The position numbers and the translations under genes are program-made. From an uncultured Gammaproteobacteria bacterium (GTDB lineage Bacteria; Patescibacteriota; Microgenomatia; Levybacterales; GWA1-39-11): 64,000 nucleotides of DNA. Under the pieces are notes generated by a model. That model saw nothing but the letters and a program-made list of their open reading frames with translations. It was not told the DNA's origin and did no database searches. Below, piece after piece: positions 21,683-32,299 of the stretch. Where the stretch lies: positions 502,572-566,571 of the forward strand of contig CAYVFE010000001.1 in assembly GCA_964450885.1 (NCBI GenBank), given 5' to 3'. Within the stretch, counting starts at the first letter, position 1. Each line of letters opens with the position of its first letter.

Positions 21683-21711
21683 ATTTTATCGAAGGAAATA
21701 GTGATAGTCAA
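21683..21711 (-). promoter_or_regulatory. Sigma70-type promoter of the atp operon
   Basis: Minus strand TTGACT (21711-21706), 17 nt, TAAAAT (21688-21683). Confidence 0.7.
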
Positions 21712-21716
21712 GAGAG

Positions 21717-24700
21717 TTAATTCACCAGTCTTACACTGTCGACCAGAATAACTGGAGCGTCGTCTTTGTGGTCAATTTTACCAGTCACTAGGACTATGGC
21801 ATCTTTATTGATAAGTGATTTGTCTCTTGCGAAAACTTTCGGAAAAACCACAGCTTCGATAGATCCTCCCATATGGTCCTCAACGGTAATAAAAGCCATC
21901 TCTTCATTTTTTCGTTTTGTAAATATTTTTTTTACTTGACTAACAAGCCCTCCAACCCTAACGCTCGATCCGTCTTTTGCTTCTGGAATTTCGTTGATCT
22001 TATGTGTGGAAAGTGAGAAAAGATTGCCCAGTTTTTGATTTAGAGGATGGTCAGTCAGAAAAAATCCCAGAAGCTCCCGCTCAAAGACCAGTTTTTCATT
22101 TTGTGTGAATTCCTCTATTTCCATATATACTTTCATATCAAAATGCAGACTGCTTTCATCAGGGATGTCTTCAAAAAGACTATCCTGATTTAGATTTACC
22201 GTTTTAGATTTTTTGTTGACAGTATCTACTATTTCGTTCATTGCGGTAAGCATCATGGCCCGATTTCCAAATTCATCAAATGCGCCTGCCTTTATAAGAC
22301 TTTCAAGCGTTTTCCTATTTACTTTTGAAAGATCTACCCGGCTTACAAAGTCCATAAGGCTTTCAAAGTTTCCTTTATTTCGTGCTTCAAGAATAGTGGA
22401 GATTGCGGCCTCTCCTACATTTTTTATAGCACTAAGTCCAAATCTTATATTCTCATGGTCTTCAACTGAAAATTCTGCTTCTGATTTATTGACGGATGGA
22501 GTTAGCACATTGATCTTCAATCTTTTACATTCTGCGATAGCCTCTGCCATCTTTTCGTTCTTTGCAGGGCCTGTGGTTCCACGAGACTCAGCAGTAAGGA
22601 GCGCAGTCATAAATTCTACACCGTAATTGGCCTTTAGATAAGCTGTCCGGTAGGCGATAGTTGCATAGCAAGCGGCATGTGCTTTATTAAATCCATAGCC
22701 GGCAAAAGGAGCGATCAAGTCGAAAAGTTCCTCACTTTTTTTCTTGTCAAGGCCATTATCCATAGCGCCTTTTATAAATAAGTCTTTCTGCTTTTTCATT
22801 TCTGCCGGTATTTTTTTACCCACTGCCTTTCTCAATTTATCTGCATCGAGCCAGGAAAATCCAGCAAGTTTTATAGCTGTCAAAAGTACATCATCCTGAT
22901 ACGTAAGTATTCCATAAGATGGACGGAGGATTTCTTCCAGACGGGGATCCGGATATGAAATCTTTTCTGGGTTATGCTTTCTTTCGATAAAGTCAGGGAT
23001 ATTTTGCATGGGACCTGGTCTGTAAAGAGCAACCATTGCCATCACATCAAAGATAGAAGAAGGCTTAAGCTCTTTTATATAGCGTCTCATCCCAGCAGAC
23101 TCAAGTTGAAATATTCCTGTATTCTCTCCAGACGCAAGCAGCTGGTAAGTTTTTTCATCATCTAGTGGTACTGTCGAGAAATCGACCGTTTCTTCTCTGT
23201 TGGCCTTTATAAATCGAAGAGCTTCCTGGATAATTGTGAGATTTCGCAGGCCCAGAAAGTCCATTTTCAGGAGTCCGACTCCGTCTTCACCAACAGTATA
23301 CATATCGTATTGTGTAATTATTTTTCCACCCCTCGATTCTCTTTGTAATGGAGTGTATTCAGTAATATCTTTATCTGCGATAACGACTCCTGCGGCATGG
23401 ACAGATGCATGGCGCGCAACACCCTCAAGCTTTTTAGATAAGTCTATAAGTCTTTTTGTGTCTTCCTCAGAGTTGTATGCATTCCGCAGGTCTGTGCTTT
23501 GGGAAAGCGCATTATCAAGTGTCATCGAATGGCCTTGCCATCCGGGAGGAATCATTTTTGAGATTCTGTCGGGCCCAGAGTAGGGCATCCCTAAAGCTCT
23601 TCCCGTATCCCTTACGGAGCCCTTGGCCTCCATCGTTCCAAAAGTGATGATCTGCGCGACTTTGTCACGGCCATATTTTTCGGTAACATAATTTATGACC
23701 TCATCTCTTTTGGTATCAGCAAAGTCTAGATCAATATCGGGAGCAGAGGGTCTTTGAGGATTTAGAAATCTTTCAAAAGGGAGTTTGAAATAGAATGGGT
23801 CTACGTCGGTAATCCTGAGTATGTACGACACCACAGAACCTGCTGCTGATCCTCTCCCAGGACCAACGGATATACCGTTATCTTTCGCCCAGTTAACAAA
23901 GTCAGCTACAACCAGAAAATAAGTAGCATAGCCCTTGTCATTTATTATCGAGAGTTCATAGTCGACCCTTTCCTCGATTTCAGGAGTAACTTGCTTGTAT
24001 CTTTTACTAATATTTTCATCAATCAGCTGCTTGAGATAAGTCTTTGGGGTAAGTCCTTTGGGGACCTCAAAATTTGGCATTATCCATTTGCCTAACTCTA
24101 TCTCCACATTGCATCGATCAGAAATTTTCATTGTATTTTCAACGGCACTAGGCACATCCATAAATAATTCTTTCATTTCCTGCGGGGTTTTTATGTAAAA
24201 ATCAGGCGAGTCGATCATAGAAAGTTTTCGATTTGGAGTATCGATTGTGGTTTGTGTGCCAATGCAGAGTAATATTTCTTGAGCCTGTGCATCATCTTTA
24301 TTGATATAGTGATTGTCATTTGTAGCTACGAGTGGGATACCTTCTCTTTTTGATATTTCGATGAGCTTTTGATTGAGCTCTTCTTGACGCGGGACTTTAA
24401 TGTGTCTCTGGATCTCCAGATATAATCTATCGTTATCAAATATCTCCTTAAGATTATCTAATCTTGTTGCCGCTTCTTTTTCGTTTCCATTTAATAGCGG
24501 ATCGGAGATATAGCCATTTAGGCATGCAGTAAGACAGATCAATCCTTCGTTATGTTTTCTCAGAAGTTCTATGTCGCATCGTGGTTTGTAATAATATCCT
24601 TCAAGGTTTGCGACCGAAATGATCTTCATCAAATTTTTATAGCCCTGCAAATTTTCAGCTAGAAGTATTAGATGGTTGTAGTCTTTATCAACTCCAGCCT

Positions 24701-24935
24701 CTTTATCATGCAAAGAGCGCGGGGCCATGTATACCTCGCAGCCGATAATCGGTTTTATTTCATATTTTTTACATGTCTGAAAAAATTTAATAGCTCCATA
24801 TAGACTTCCATGGTCGGTTATGGCGATGGATTTCATACCTAGATCCTTTGCTTTTTTTACCATGAGCTCGACCTTTGACAGTCCATCGAGTAGAGAATAT
24901 TCAGAGTGGTTATGTAAGTGTGTAAATTCTGTCAT
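21717..24935 (-). CDS. dnaE: DNA polymerase III alpha subunit
   Basis: HNHSEYSLLDG PHP domain, GPGRGSAAGS, PDIDLD, YGFNKAH, C-terminal OB fold. Confidence 0.98.
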   Translation of the reverse strand: MTEFTHLHNHSEYSLLDGLSKVELMVKKAKDLGMKSIAITDHGSLYGAIKFFQTCKKYEIKPIIGCEVYMAPRSLHDKEAGVDKDYNHLILLAENLQGYKNLMKIISVANLEGYYYKPRCDIELLRKHNEGLICLTACLNGYISDPLLNGNEKEAATRLDNLKEIFDNDRLYLEIQRHIKVPRQEELNQKLIEISKREGIPLVATNDNHYINKDDAQAQEILLCIGTQTTIDTPNRKLSMIDSPDFYIKTPQEMKELFMDVPSAVENTMKISDRCNVEIELGKWIMPNFEVPKGLTPKTYLKQLIDENISKRYKQVTPEIEERVDYELSIINDKGYATYFLVVADFVNWAKDNGISVGPGRGSAAGSVVSYILRITDVDPFYFKLPFERFLNPQRPSAPDIDLDFADTKRDEVINYVTEKYGRDKVAQIITFGTMEAKGSVRDTGRALGMPYSGPDRISKMIPPGWQGHSMTLDNALSQSTDLRNAYNSEEDTKRLIDLSKKLEGVARHASVHAAGVVIADKDITEYTPLQRESRGGKIITQYDMYTVGEDGVGLLKMDFLGLRNLTIIQEALRFIKANREETVDFSTVPLDDEKTYQLLASGENTGIFQLESAGMRRYIKELKPSSIFDVMAMVALYRPGPMQNIPDFIERKHNPEKISYPDPRLEEILRPSYGILTYQDDVLLTAIKLAGFSWLDADKLRKAVGKKIPAEMKKQKDLFIKGAMDNGLDKKKSEELFDLIAPFAGYGFNKAHAACYATIAYRTAYLKANYGVEFMTALLTAESRGTTGPAKNEKMAEAIAECKRLKINVLTPSVNKSEAEFSVEDHENIRFGLSAIKNVGEAAISTILEARNKGNFESLMDFVSRVDLSKVNRKTLESLIKAGAFDEFGNRAMMLTAMNEIVDTVNKKSKTVNLNQDSLFEDIPDESSLHFDMKVYMEIEEFTQNEKLVFERELLGFFLTDHPLNQKLGNLFSLSTHKINEIPEAKDGSSVRVGGLVSQVKKIFTKRKNEEMAFITVEDHMGGSIEAVVFPKVFARDKSLINKDAIVLVTGKIDHKDDAPVILVDSVRLVN

Positions 24936-24939
24936 GCTT

Positions 24940-25677
24940 TTATGCAGCGTTAGCTGCGCTATTTATTTTTTGGGGCAAGAATTCCTTAAAATTTCCATCA
25001 GATTGAACAACCATTAAATGGCTTTCCCCATCCTGTTTGTTAAGTTTTGCTCCATACATGGCCTCATCAGCTTTAGCTATAGATTCTTCTGGATTATTCA
25101 AATCTAGTAGTATTGCCCCAGCAGATATCCGTATTTGAGTATTTTCATTAAGCCTGTTCCACCAACTTTGTAGTCCGTCATTATCTGGATCGTCTAGAAT
25201 TATCGCGAATTCATCTCCCCCAAATCTAGCGACTATGTCTGTTCCTCTGGTGCTGCTCTTTAGTTCGGAAGCGATTAATTTTAGGTATTCATCACCTGCC
25301 TCATGTCCTTGCGAGTCATTAATCTCTTTCAATCCGTCTGCGTCTATAAATATTGCGTTGAGTTTGCCGCCAGATCTTTTGCTCAAATTAATTCGTTGTT
25401 TTAATTCTTTATCAAACCCTTTTCTATTGAGTAGCCCAGTTAGCTCATCGATTCCAGACCTTTCCTTTTCCCGTTCAAGGCGTATCTCTGTAGCTACTAA
25501 ATTTCTAGCACTTCTGTTAGCGGAGACTAGTTCTAATTTAGTTTTATCCAAGCTTTCATGTAGGTTATCATCCTCCAAAGCAGTCAATTTTTCGTCAACT
25601 CTATTTTGTATATCGTGATCTTTGCTAGTTTTTATAACTGGTGGTAACTCAACCTCTGGTCCTCCTTCTTCCATCAA
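24940..25677 (-). CDS. Diguanylate cyclase (GGDEF domain) with N-terminal coiled coil
   Basis: DELTGLLNR, IDADGLKEINDSQGHEAGD, RGTD I-site, ARFGGDEF, ADEAMY. Confidence 0.92.
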   Translation of the reverse strand: MMEEGGPEVELPPVIKTSKDHDIQNRVDEKLTALEDDNLHESLDKTKLELVSANRSARNLVATEIRLEREKERSGIDELTGLLNRKGFDKELKQRINLSKRSGGKLNAIFIDADGLKEINDSQGHEAGDEYLKLIASELKSSTRGTDIVARFGGDEFAIILDDPDNDGLQSWWNRLNENTQIRISAGAILLDLNNPEESIAKADEAMYGAKLNKQDGESHLMVVQSDGNFKEFLPQKINSAANAA

Positions 25678-25678
25678 A

Positions 25679-27007
25679 TCATTCTAGCATTTCGGTGAGT
25701 TTTTTTCTAATCTGATCATTGTCTTTTGCTTCTGGCAAAGCCCTTTTTACCATACCTATTAGAAATCCTATTACCTGATTTTTTCCTGATTTGTAATCTT
25801 TTACTGCCTGAATATTTTGTTCAAATACCTCGCTTATTGCTTGCTCGAGTTTCGAGTCATCGATTGTCTCAATATTTTCTTCTTCTACGATTTGCTTTAT
25901 GACACTTGCAGGGGGAGTGTCTTTTACATCTACTTTTTTATTTATGAGATAAGATGCTATTTTTGTTGCTTTTATACCATGTCTTTTTCCGATTTCCACC
26001 ATATCTTCAAAATAGTCTGCTTGTGCTTTTTCGCGTGTCAGTATCTCTGCGTCAAGATTTTTTATTCCATAGTCTTTAGCAAGTCTCTTCCGTCTTTCGT
26101 CGGGTAGTTCGGGTATCTGAGTTTGTAAGATCTCTATTTGAGAATCGGTAAATTCTATAGGTGGGATGTCGGGTTCGGGGAAGTACCTATAGTCATGAGC
26201 CTCCTCTTTGCTTCTTTGGCTCACAGTTTTATTCTTAAATTCATTCCACCCACGGGTTTCTTGAGTAGGAGTTTCTCCTTCTTCAAGCAACTGTTCGTGA
26301 CGTTTTTGTTCGTATTTAATAGCTTTGTCTACGAATTTAAATGAGTTGATATTTTTTACTTCCACTTTATATTTAGGTAGCTTTGTCTCACCCGGTTTTC
26401 TAAGAGAAATATTTGGCTCAAGTCTCATATGGCCCTTTTCCATATCAGCGTCAGATACATTTAAGTACCGTATTATTCTTTGAAGTCTTGTCAAAAATTC
26501 TTTAGCTTCTTCGCCTGATCTGATATCAGGCTCGGTAACTATCTCAACGAGCGGCACACCTGAACGGTTGAAGTCTATAAGCGATACATCTTTTCCATCT
26601 AGTCTAGAGTGGGTAAGTTTTCCCGTATCCTCTTCCATGTGTACACGGGTAATTCCTATGGTCTTTTTAGTGCCATTTACTTCAATCTCTAGTTTTCCAT
26701 GTTCCCCAAAAGGGTGGAGGAATTGACTGGTCTGGAATCCTTTAGCAAGATCCGGATAAAAGTAGTTCTTTCTTTCAAAAAAAGAATCTTTATTTATTTT
26801 ACAACCGAGAGCCAGGGCAATTTTTACACAAGAATCTATTGCTTGTTGATTTGTGTAGGGTAGGGCACCAGGTAGTCCCAAGCATGTTGGACAAGTTGTA
26901 GTATTTGGTTTGTCAGCTAGTGTAGGATTTTTACATCGGCAAAACATTTTCCCTAGAGTGGAAAGTTCTACATGTATTTCTAATCCTACTATTGTTTCGT
27001 AACTCAT
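25679..27007 (-). CDS. gatB: Asp/Glu-tRNA amidotransferase subunit B
   Basis: GLEIHVEL, CLGLPGALP, RKNYFYPDL, HMEEDTGK, EVKNINSF, DYRYFPEPD. Confidence 0.98.
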   Translation of the reverse strand: MSYETIVGLEIHVELSTLGKMFCRCKNPTLADKPNTTTCPTCLGLPGALPYTNQQAIDSCVKIALALGCKINKDSFFERKNYFYPDLAKGFQTSQFLHPFGEHGKLEIEVNGTKKTIGITRVHMEEDTGKLTHSRLDGKDVSLIDFNRSGVPLVEIVTEPDIRSGEEAKEFLTRLQRIIRYLNVSDADMEKGHMRLEPNISLRKPGETKLPKYKVEVKNINSFKFVDKAIKYEQKRHEQLLEEGETPTQETRGWNEFKNKTVSQRSKEEAHDYRYFPEPDIPPIEFTDSQIEILQTQIPELPDERRKRLAKDYGIKNLDAEILTREKAQADYFEDMVEIGKRHGIKATKIASYLINKKVDVKDTPPASVIKQIVEEENIETIDDSKLEQAISEVFEQNIQAVKDYKSGKNQVIGFLIGMVKRALPEAKDNDQIRKKLTEMLE

Positions 27008-28407
27008 AAATTTGGCAGTTCTTTGTAATGCTCTGTTTTGCTTTCGAATTGAGAACCTATCCTAAATAATAATTTTTCAGAAAAGTGGGGTCCTATGAAC
27101 TGGATTCCAATAGGAAGTTTGCCTTCTGAAAAGCCAGCAGGAACTGATATTGCGGGCACACCAGCTAGATTTATTGGTACAGTAAGCAAATCTGATAGAT
27201 ACATCTGGAGTGGATCATCCGCTTTCTCCCCAAATTTCCATGCTGGGGTGGGCGATACAGGGGCGACTAACGCATCAGCTTTTTCAAAAGCGTCTTTAAA
27301 GTCTTTAATGATAAGTGTTCTTACCTGCATAGCCTTTTTATAGTAGGCGTCATAATATCCAGAAGAAAGAGTAAAGGTGCCCAGCATGATTCTTCTCTTT
27401 GCTTCTTTACCAAAATAAGATCTATCTTTGCCAAACCTAATCCCATCGTAACGGGCCAGGTTGCTGCTGACCTCCGATGGCTGGAGGATGTAATATGTTG
27501 CAATGGCGTGATCTGTATTCGGAAGCGATACTTCAATAATCTGTGCGCCCAATTCCTCAAGAGCCTTAATAGATTTTTCGAAAGCTTGCTTAGTGTCTTT
27601 ATCCAAGGCGTCAGATACATATTCTTTGGGAATTCCTATTCTGAGACCCTTTATTTCCTTTTTCAGATCTTCCATGTAGTTTTCTTTGTCCCTTTTTGCA
27701 AGCGTACTGTCATATCCATCAGCTCCTGCCGTCACATTTAGGATTCTTGCTGAGTCTTCAACTGTTTTTGAAAAATGTCCGATGCTATCCAGTGATGAGG
27801 CCATAGAAATTACACCGTAGCGGGAGACAAGTCCATATGTAGGTTTTAGGCCGACCGTATTTGTGAAACTTGCTGGTAGTCGGATAGATCCGCCAGTATC
27901 GGTACCTGTAGAAAATGGTACAAGTGATGCTGCTACTGCAGCAGCAGATCCGCTGGATGATCCTCCAGGAACGCGTTCTTTATTCCAGGGATTTAGTGTA
28001 TTGCCAAAATCACTATTCTCTCCGGACGATCCGTGCGCCCAAGCATCGCAGTTGAGCTTTCCCAAAGATATCGCTCCAGCCTCTTCAAGCACATTTACAA
28101 CTGTTCCTGAGTATGGTGGGATATAGTCTCTTAAGACATTTGAGCTGGCGGTGGTTCTGACCCCCTTTGTCAAAAACATATCTTTTATTCCAAGCGGAAT
28201 GCCATATAGCGCTCCATTGGGAGTCTTGCTATCAAGATCTTTTGCTTTCTTCTTTGCATTTTGTGCGTCAAGAGTTATAAATGCATTTAACTCAGGGTTT
28301 AGTTTTTCGATTCTCTCCAAGTAGGAAGACACTATTTCGCTGACGGAAAATTTTTTTTCTTTGTACCCATCTATAATTTCTGTAATTGTTAGGTTTGTAA
28401 TATCCAT
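27004..28407 (-). CDS. gatA: Asp/Glu-tRNA amidotransferase subunit A
   Basis: Amidase signature PGGSSSGSAAAV, GTDTGGSIR, SNLARYDG. Confidence 0.98.
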   Translation of the reverse strand: MDITNLTITEIIDGYKEKKFSVSEIVSSYLERIEKLNPELNAFITLDAQNAKKKAKDLDSKTPNGALYGIPLGIKDMFLTKGVRTTASSNVLRDYIPPYSGTVVNVLEEAGAISLGKLNCDAWAHGSSGENSDFGNTLNPWNKERVPGGSSSGSAAAVAASLVPFSTGTDTGGSIRLPASFTNTVGLKPTYGLVSRYGVISMASSLDSIGHFSKTVEDSARILNVTAGADGYDSTLAKRDKENYMEDLKKEIKGLRIGIPKEYVSDALDKDTKQAFEKSIKALEELGAQIIEVSLPNTDHAIATYYILQPSEVSSNLARYDGIRFGKDRSYFGKEAKRRIMLGTFTLSSGYYDAYYKKAMQVRTLIIKDFKDAFEKADALVAPVSPTPAWKFGEKADDPLQMYLSDLLTVPINLAGVPAISVPAGFSEGKLPIGIQFIGPHFSEKLLFRIGSQFESKTEHYKELPNL

Positions 28408-28697
28408 TATTCGTTGGTCTCTACCAGCTTATCTACAACAAACATATTATTGTGTTTTTTTTCTGTTCCTGAAGTAGATTCTTCGGGTGGCAACATGCCA
28501 CCAATATGTTCATCGCTTCGGGTTATATTCTTAAGTCCTGTGACTTGTGTAGTCGGTTCGACTGCGGTGGTATCTATTTTATTCAGTTGTTCTATGTAGT
28601 GGAGGATATCATTAAGTTGTTCATCAAATTCTTTTTCCTCTTTATCTGTCAGTGTTAGGTTCGAAAGCTTTGAAACTTTCTTTACATCAATTTTCAT
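28407..28697 (-). CDS. gatC: Asp/Glu-tRNA amidotransferase subunit C
   Basis: Size, position before gatA, ILHYIEQLNKIDT..VEPT pattern. Confidence 0.93.
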   Translation of the reverse strand: MKIDVKKVSKLSNLTLTDKEEKEFDEQLNDILHYIEQLNKIDTTAVEPTTQVTGLKNITRSDEHIGGMLPPEESTSGTEKKHNNMFVVDKLVETNE

Positions 28698-28735
28698 GAC
28701 TTGATTATATAAGTTTGAGGCTAAATAAACAACAC

Positions 28736-29515
28736 TTAATATGAGGTTTTTAACCGCATAAGGATATTTGTCTTAGCTTTATTTGCATAAGTATCATCGA
28801 GCTTACTTAAAGCTATTTCCTTTCCGTATTTTTTGACTAATGCATTTTCAATCAGATAGTCAGCAAGTTCTGGATTAGATGGGAGTATGGGACCATGAAG
28901 ATATGTGCCGATAGTACTTTTGTAATGAATTCCTTCGGTGGTGTCCTCACCGTTATTTCCGTATCCCTTTATGATTTCCGCAAAAGCCAGGTCTTTATTT
29001 GCAAGAATAGTTCTACCGCCATGATTTTCAAAACCTACAATATAGTTGGAAAGCTTAAGGTTGTTGGTCGGTAGCTGATGTGGTTTTATAACTGCATTTC
29101 CTATGAGTCTTTTTCCAGCTTGATCAGAATGTGTATACATGTCAAATATTCCAAGCCCGGGAATTTTTATTCCATATGAATCTATATAATAATTTCCCAG
29201 GAATTGGTAAGCTCCGCAGATAAAAAGACCTGGTGTATTTGATTCAATGAGCTTGGATATTATTTTGCCCTTAGTTCCATTTAGATCTTTTTGAACGATT
29301 TCCTGCTGGATATCTTGGGCGCCGCCCATAAATAAAATATCGCAACTTATTAACTCATCTGCCTTAGAGTCATGATTTATTCTCTTTATCTTTACACCCA
29401 TACCCCTCCATTCGATGCGTTTTTGAAGAACAATTATATTCCCACGGTCACCATATGTTGACATTAGTTCTGGATATAGCCATCCAACTGTTAGTTCATA
29501 ATTTTGTTTTTTCAT
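28736..29515 (-). CDS. gatD: Lipid II isoglutaminyl synthase glutaminase subunit (CobQ-like GATase)
   Basis: LYPELMSTYGDRGN, ICGAYQFLG catalytic Cys, GFENHGG, TYLHGP; coupled to murT. Confidence 0.92.
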   Translation of the reverse strand: MKKQNYELTVGWLYPELMSTYGDRGNIIVLQKRIEWRGMGVKIKRINHDSKADELISCDILFMGGAQDIQQEIVQKDLNGTKGKIISKLIESNTPGLFICGAYQFLGNYYIDSYGIKIPGLGIFDMYTHSDQAGKRLIGNAVIKPHQLPTNNLKLSNYIVGFENHGGRTILANKDLAFAEIIKGYGNNGEDTTEGIHYKSTIGTYLHGPILPSNPELADYLIENALVKKYGKEIALSKLDDTYANKAKTNILMRLKTSY

Positions 29516-30804
29516 AAAATTGACTTTCCTGTTAGTATCTTTCTGATCTCAAGCATGGCAGAGTACGTAGGTAATATTGCTATGCTCTGGTTGTTAGAAG
29601 TATTCTTGGCAGCTCTTTTTATAGCAGTCGATAAATCTTCGTAGACACGAAGGTTTTCAAGTCCTGCATAGGATAGCCTATTTGCCAGATCGTATGCGCG
29701 CTCACCTGTTATTGTAATATGGAAATTGCCCCTATGGAGCAACTCGAAGTCGACATCCCAAATCCAACTGATATCGCGTCCGTCCGGAATTTTGTCATTT
29801 AAAGCAAAAACCAAATTCTTATATTTATTATTAATTGCGACCTTTAGTGATTCATTGAAGCCAGTCGGATTTTTTGAGAGAAGTAGCAGAAGCTCCGTAT
29901 TTTTGTAGGTTATTTTTTCTTGTCTACCAAATGCTGGCTTAAAATCCTCGAGGCTTTGTATAGAATCGCTTCTTTTTATATCAAATAAATTTTCTGCACA
30001 CAGAGCTGCTGCTGTCAGGTTATATGTATTGAAGGTGCCGTAAAGATCCGTTTTGATATCAAGTTTTATCGAATCCGGATTTTTGAACTTACATTTAGAA
30101 CAGGAAAAGTTACCGATATGTGAATATGAGATCCTCGAATACTCTAATTTATTTTGACAATTAGGACAATTAGTGGAGTCGACAGCATGTGAGAGTTTTT
30201 TTTCTTTCTTTAGATCGTCATTTATAGAATAGAAGATCTTTTTACCCTTTGCGCATTTTGCTAAATCTATGATTTGAGGGTCATCAGCGTTTGCGATAAC
30301 GCTGGTTTTTGAATCTGTTTTTTCCAAAGACGATTTCCATTTTTGTGATGTAGTATTTATCTCCCCGTAGCGGTCTAACTGGTCGCGGAAAAGATTTAAG
30401 AGAATTATTGCATTAGGATTTTTAATTTCTTTTAGGATCAATGGAAACGAATTTTCATCGACTTCAAATAATAATGCTTTACTATTTATTTTCCCGAGAA
30501 GGTTTGAATTCTTGATAATCAGTGAGGCAAGTCCATTCAAAAGATTTGCGCCGGAGTCATTTCTTACAACATCTATACGATTTGTTTTTAGTATATGATA
30601 AAGTGCCTTTGTGGTTGTGGTCTTTCCGTTCGTTCCGGCAATAAATACTATTTTAAGTCCTTTATTTTTAGATAGGGTATCTTTTATAAAATCTGGATTA
30701 GACTCCAGCGCTATATGACCAGGCCATGTTGATGCATTGCGGTTCAAAATCGTTTTGATGAAAAGTGAAGCAAATTTTCCTATAAGAATCGAAAATAAAA
30801 GCAT
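29512..30804 (-). CDS. murT: Lipid II isoglutaminyl synthase Mur-ligase-like subunit
   Basis: GTNGKTTT, NLFRDQLDRYGE, CPNC...CSKC Zn finger, KNPTG, DGRDISWIWDVDFE. Confidence 0.93.
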   Translation of the reverse strand: MLLFSILIGKFASLFIKTILNRNASTWPGHIALESNPDFIKDTLSKNKGLKIVFIAGTNGKTTTTKALYHILKTNRIDVVRNDSGANLLNGLASLIIKNSNLLGKINSKALLFEVDENSFPLILKEIKNPNAIILLNLFRDQLDRYGEINTTSQKWKSSLEKTDSKTSVIANADDPQIIDLAKCAKGKKIFYSINDDLKKEKKLSHAVDSTNCPNCQNKLEYSRISYSHIGNFSCSKCKFKNPDSIKLDIKTDLYGTFNTYNLTAAALCAENLFDIKRSDSIQSLEDFKPAFGRQEKITYKNTELLLLLSKNPTGFNESLKVAINNKYKNLVFALNDKIPDGRDISWIWDVDFELLHRGNFHITITGERAYDLANRLSYAGLENLRVYEDLSTAIKRAAKNTSNNQSIAILPTYSAMLEIRKILTGKSIL

Positions 30805-30820
30805 TCATTTATTATATCAA

Positions 30821-31702
30821 TTACATCTGGCGAAGTCTTTTTATACGCTCTTGTGCAGGAGGGTGTGTGCTATATAAGTTCGAGAAGAAATCTCTAGTTT
30901 TTTTCCCGGAGAAAGGATTTTCTATGAACATATGAGCAGTCGCATGGGAGGAGTTCTTTAGCTTTGGGTGTCTGCTTATTTTTTCAAGAGCTGAAGCAAG
31001 ACCTTCTGGATAGCGAGTGAGAAGCGCTCCGCTAGCGTCCGCCAGATATTCACGTTTTCTACTGACAGAAAGTTTTATGAGGGTCGCTGCTATGGGTGCA
31101 AGGATTGCTGCTGCGATTGCTATTATGATCAGTATTCCATTGCTGTTTTTTCTATCACTGCCCCCAAAGATAAGACTTCGCAGAAAGAAGTCTGAAATAA
31201 TAGCAATGCTCCCAGCCAGGATGGTGACAAGGCTCATGAGTCGTATATCGTAATTTCTCACATGTGAGAGTTCATGTGCGATAACGCCTTCGAGCTCCTG
31301 CTTGTCCAATGCTTGAAGAAGTCCTGTCGTCGCAGCGATGGCGCTATGCTCCGGGTCACGTCCGGTGGCAAAAGCGTTCATGGCTGGATCCTGCATGACA
31401 TAAACCTTTGGAATTTTTTGTCCAAGACCGATAGATAGATTTTCAACTATGCTGTAAAGCTGAGGATAGTCTTCCTTTTTAACAGGTTTTGCATTAGATA
31501 GAGAAAGTACAATTTTATCCGAATTGTAGTATGAAATATACGTGATAATTCCGAAGATTACTAAAAATACACCTAGTCCTAACAGTCCGAAGTCAAAAAA
31601 TAAAGAGATGATATAGCCAAAAATAATGGTGAAAATTATGAATCCCAGTATCAGAAGTATTGTTTTCCTCTTATTAGAGGCTATCTGTTGATAGATATTC
31701 AT
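30821..31702 (-). CDS. htpX: M48 zinc metalloprotease HtpX
   Basis: NAFATG, AHELSH, SRKREYLAD, STHPP. Confidence 0.92.
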   Translation of the reverse strand: MNIYQQIASNKRKTILLILGFIIFTIIFGYIISLFFDFGLLGLGVFLVIFGIITYISYYNSDKIVLSLSNAKPVKKEDYPQLYSIVENLSIGLGQKIPKVYVMQDPAMNAFATGRDPEHSAIAATTGLLQALDKQELEGVIAHELSHVRNYDIRLMSLVTILAGSIAIISDFFLRSLIFGGSDRKNSNGILIIIAIAAAILAPIAATLIKLSVSRKREYLADASGALLTRYPEGLASALEKISRHPKLKNSSHATAHMFIENPFSGKKTRDFFSNLYSTHPPAQERIKRLRQM

Positions 31703-31707
31703 AAATA

Positions 31708-32259
31708 CTAGAAGGATACTTTAATAGGTTCGCGGGATGATGGTTCTGCTTCAAAGAATTGCTCCTCCTTAAAATTAAATTGTCCTGCTATCAAGTTTGT
31801 AGGAAACATTTTGATCTTAGTGTTGTATGAGAGCACATTTGAGTTATAGAACTGTCTGGAGTACGAGATCTTGTCCTCAGTGTCAGTTAGTTCGTCTTGA
31901 AGTTTTGAAAAGTTCGCACTTGCTTTAAGATCAGGGTAACTTTCTGCTACAGCAAAAAGACTTTTTAATGTATCAGTAAGCATGTTGTTTGCTGCAGCTT
32001 TTTGCTCTGGAGACTTTGCCTCCATGAGAGATGCTCTAGCATTCGTTACATTTTCAAGCACCTGCTTTTCGTGCTTTGCATATCCTTTTACGGTTTCGAT
32101 AAGATTAGGGATGAGGTCTAGGCGTCTTTTTAGCTGGACATCGATGCTGCTTATGGCCTCTTTAATCCTTTCACGAAGAGTTACGAGCTGGTTATATGTC
32201 AGCCATACGAATGCGACAAGTACGAGCGCTATTACTGCAATTCCTATTAAGATTTCCAT
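31708..32259 (-). CDS. lemA: LemA family protein
   Basis: [33 protein letters not shown]. Confidence 0.95.
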   Translation of the reverse strand: MEILIGIAVIALVLVAFVWLTYNQLVTLRERIKEAISSIDVQLKRRLDLIPNLIETVKGYAKHEKQVLENVTNARASLMEAKSPEQKAAANNMLTDTLKSLFAVAESYPDLKASANFSKLQDELTDTEDKISYSRQFYNSNVLSYNTKIKMFPTNLIAGQFNFKEEQFFEAEPSSREPIKVSF

Positions 32260-32299
32260 AATTTATTCTTGCACAATTTAGCCTGTAAGTCAATGTTAT

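Noticed and set aside
30821-32259. lemA-htpX pair as a novel system
   Set aside because: A widespread, already known gene pairing with nothing unusual here
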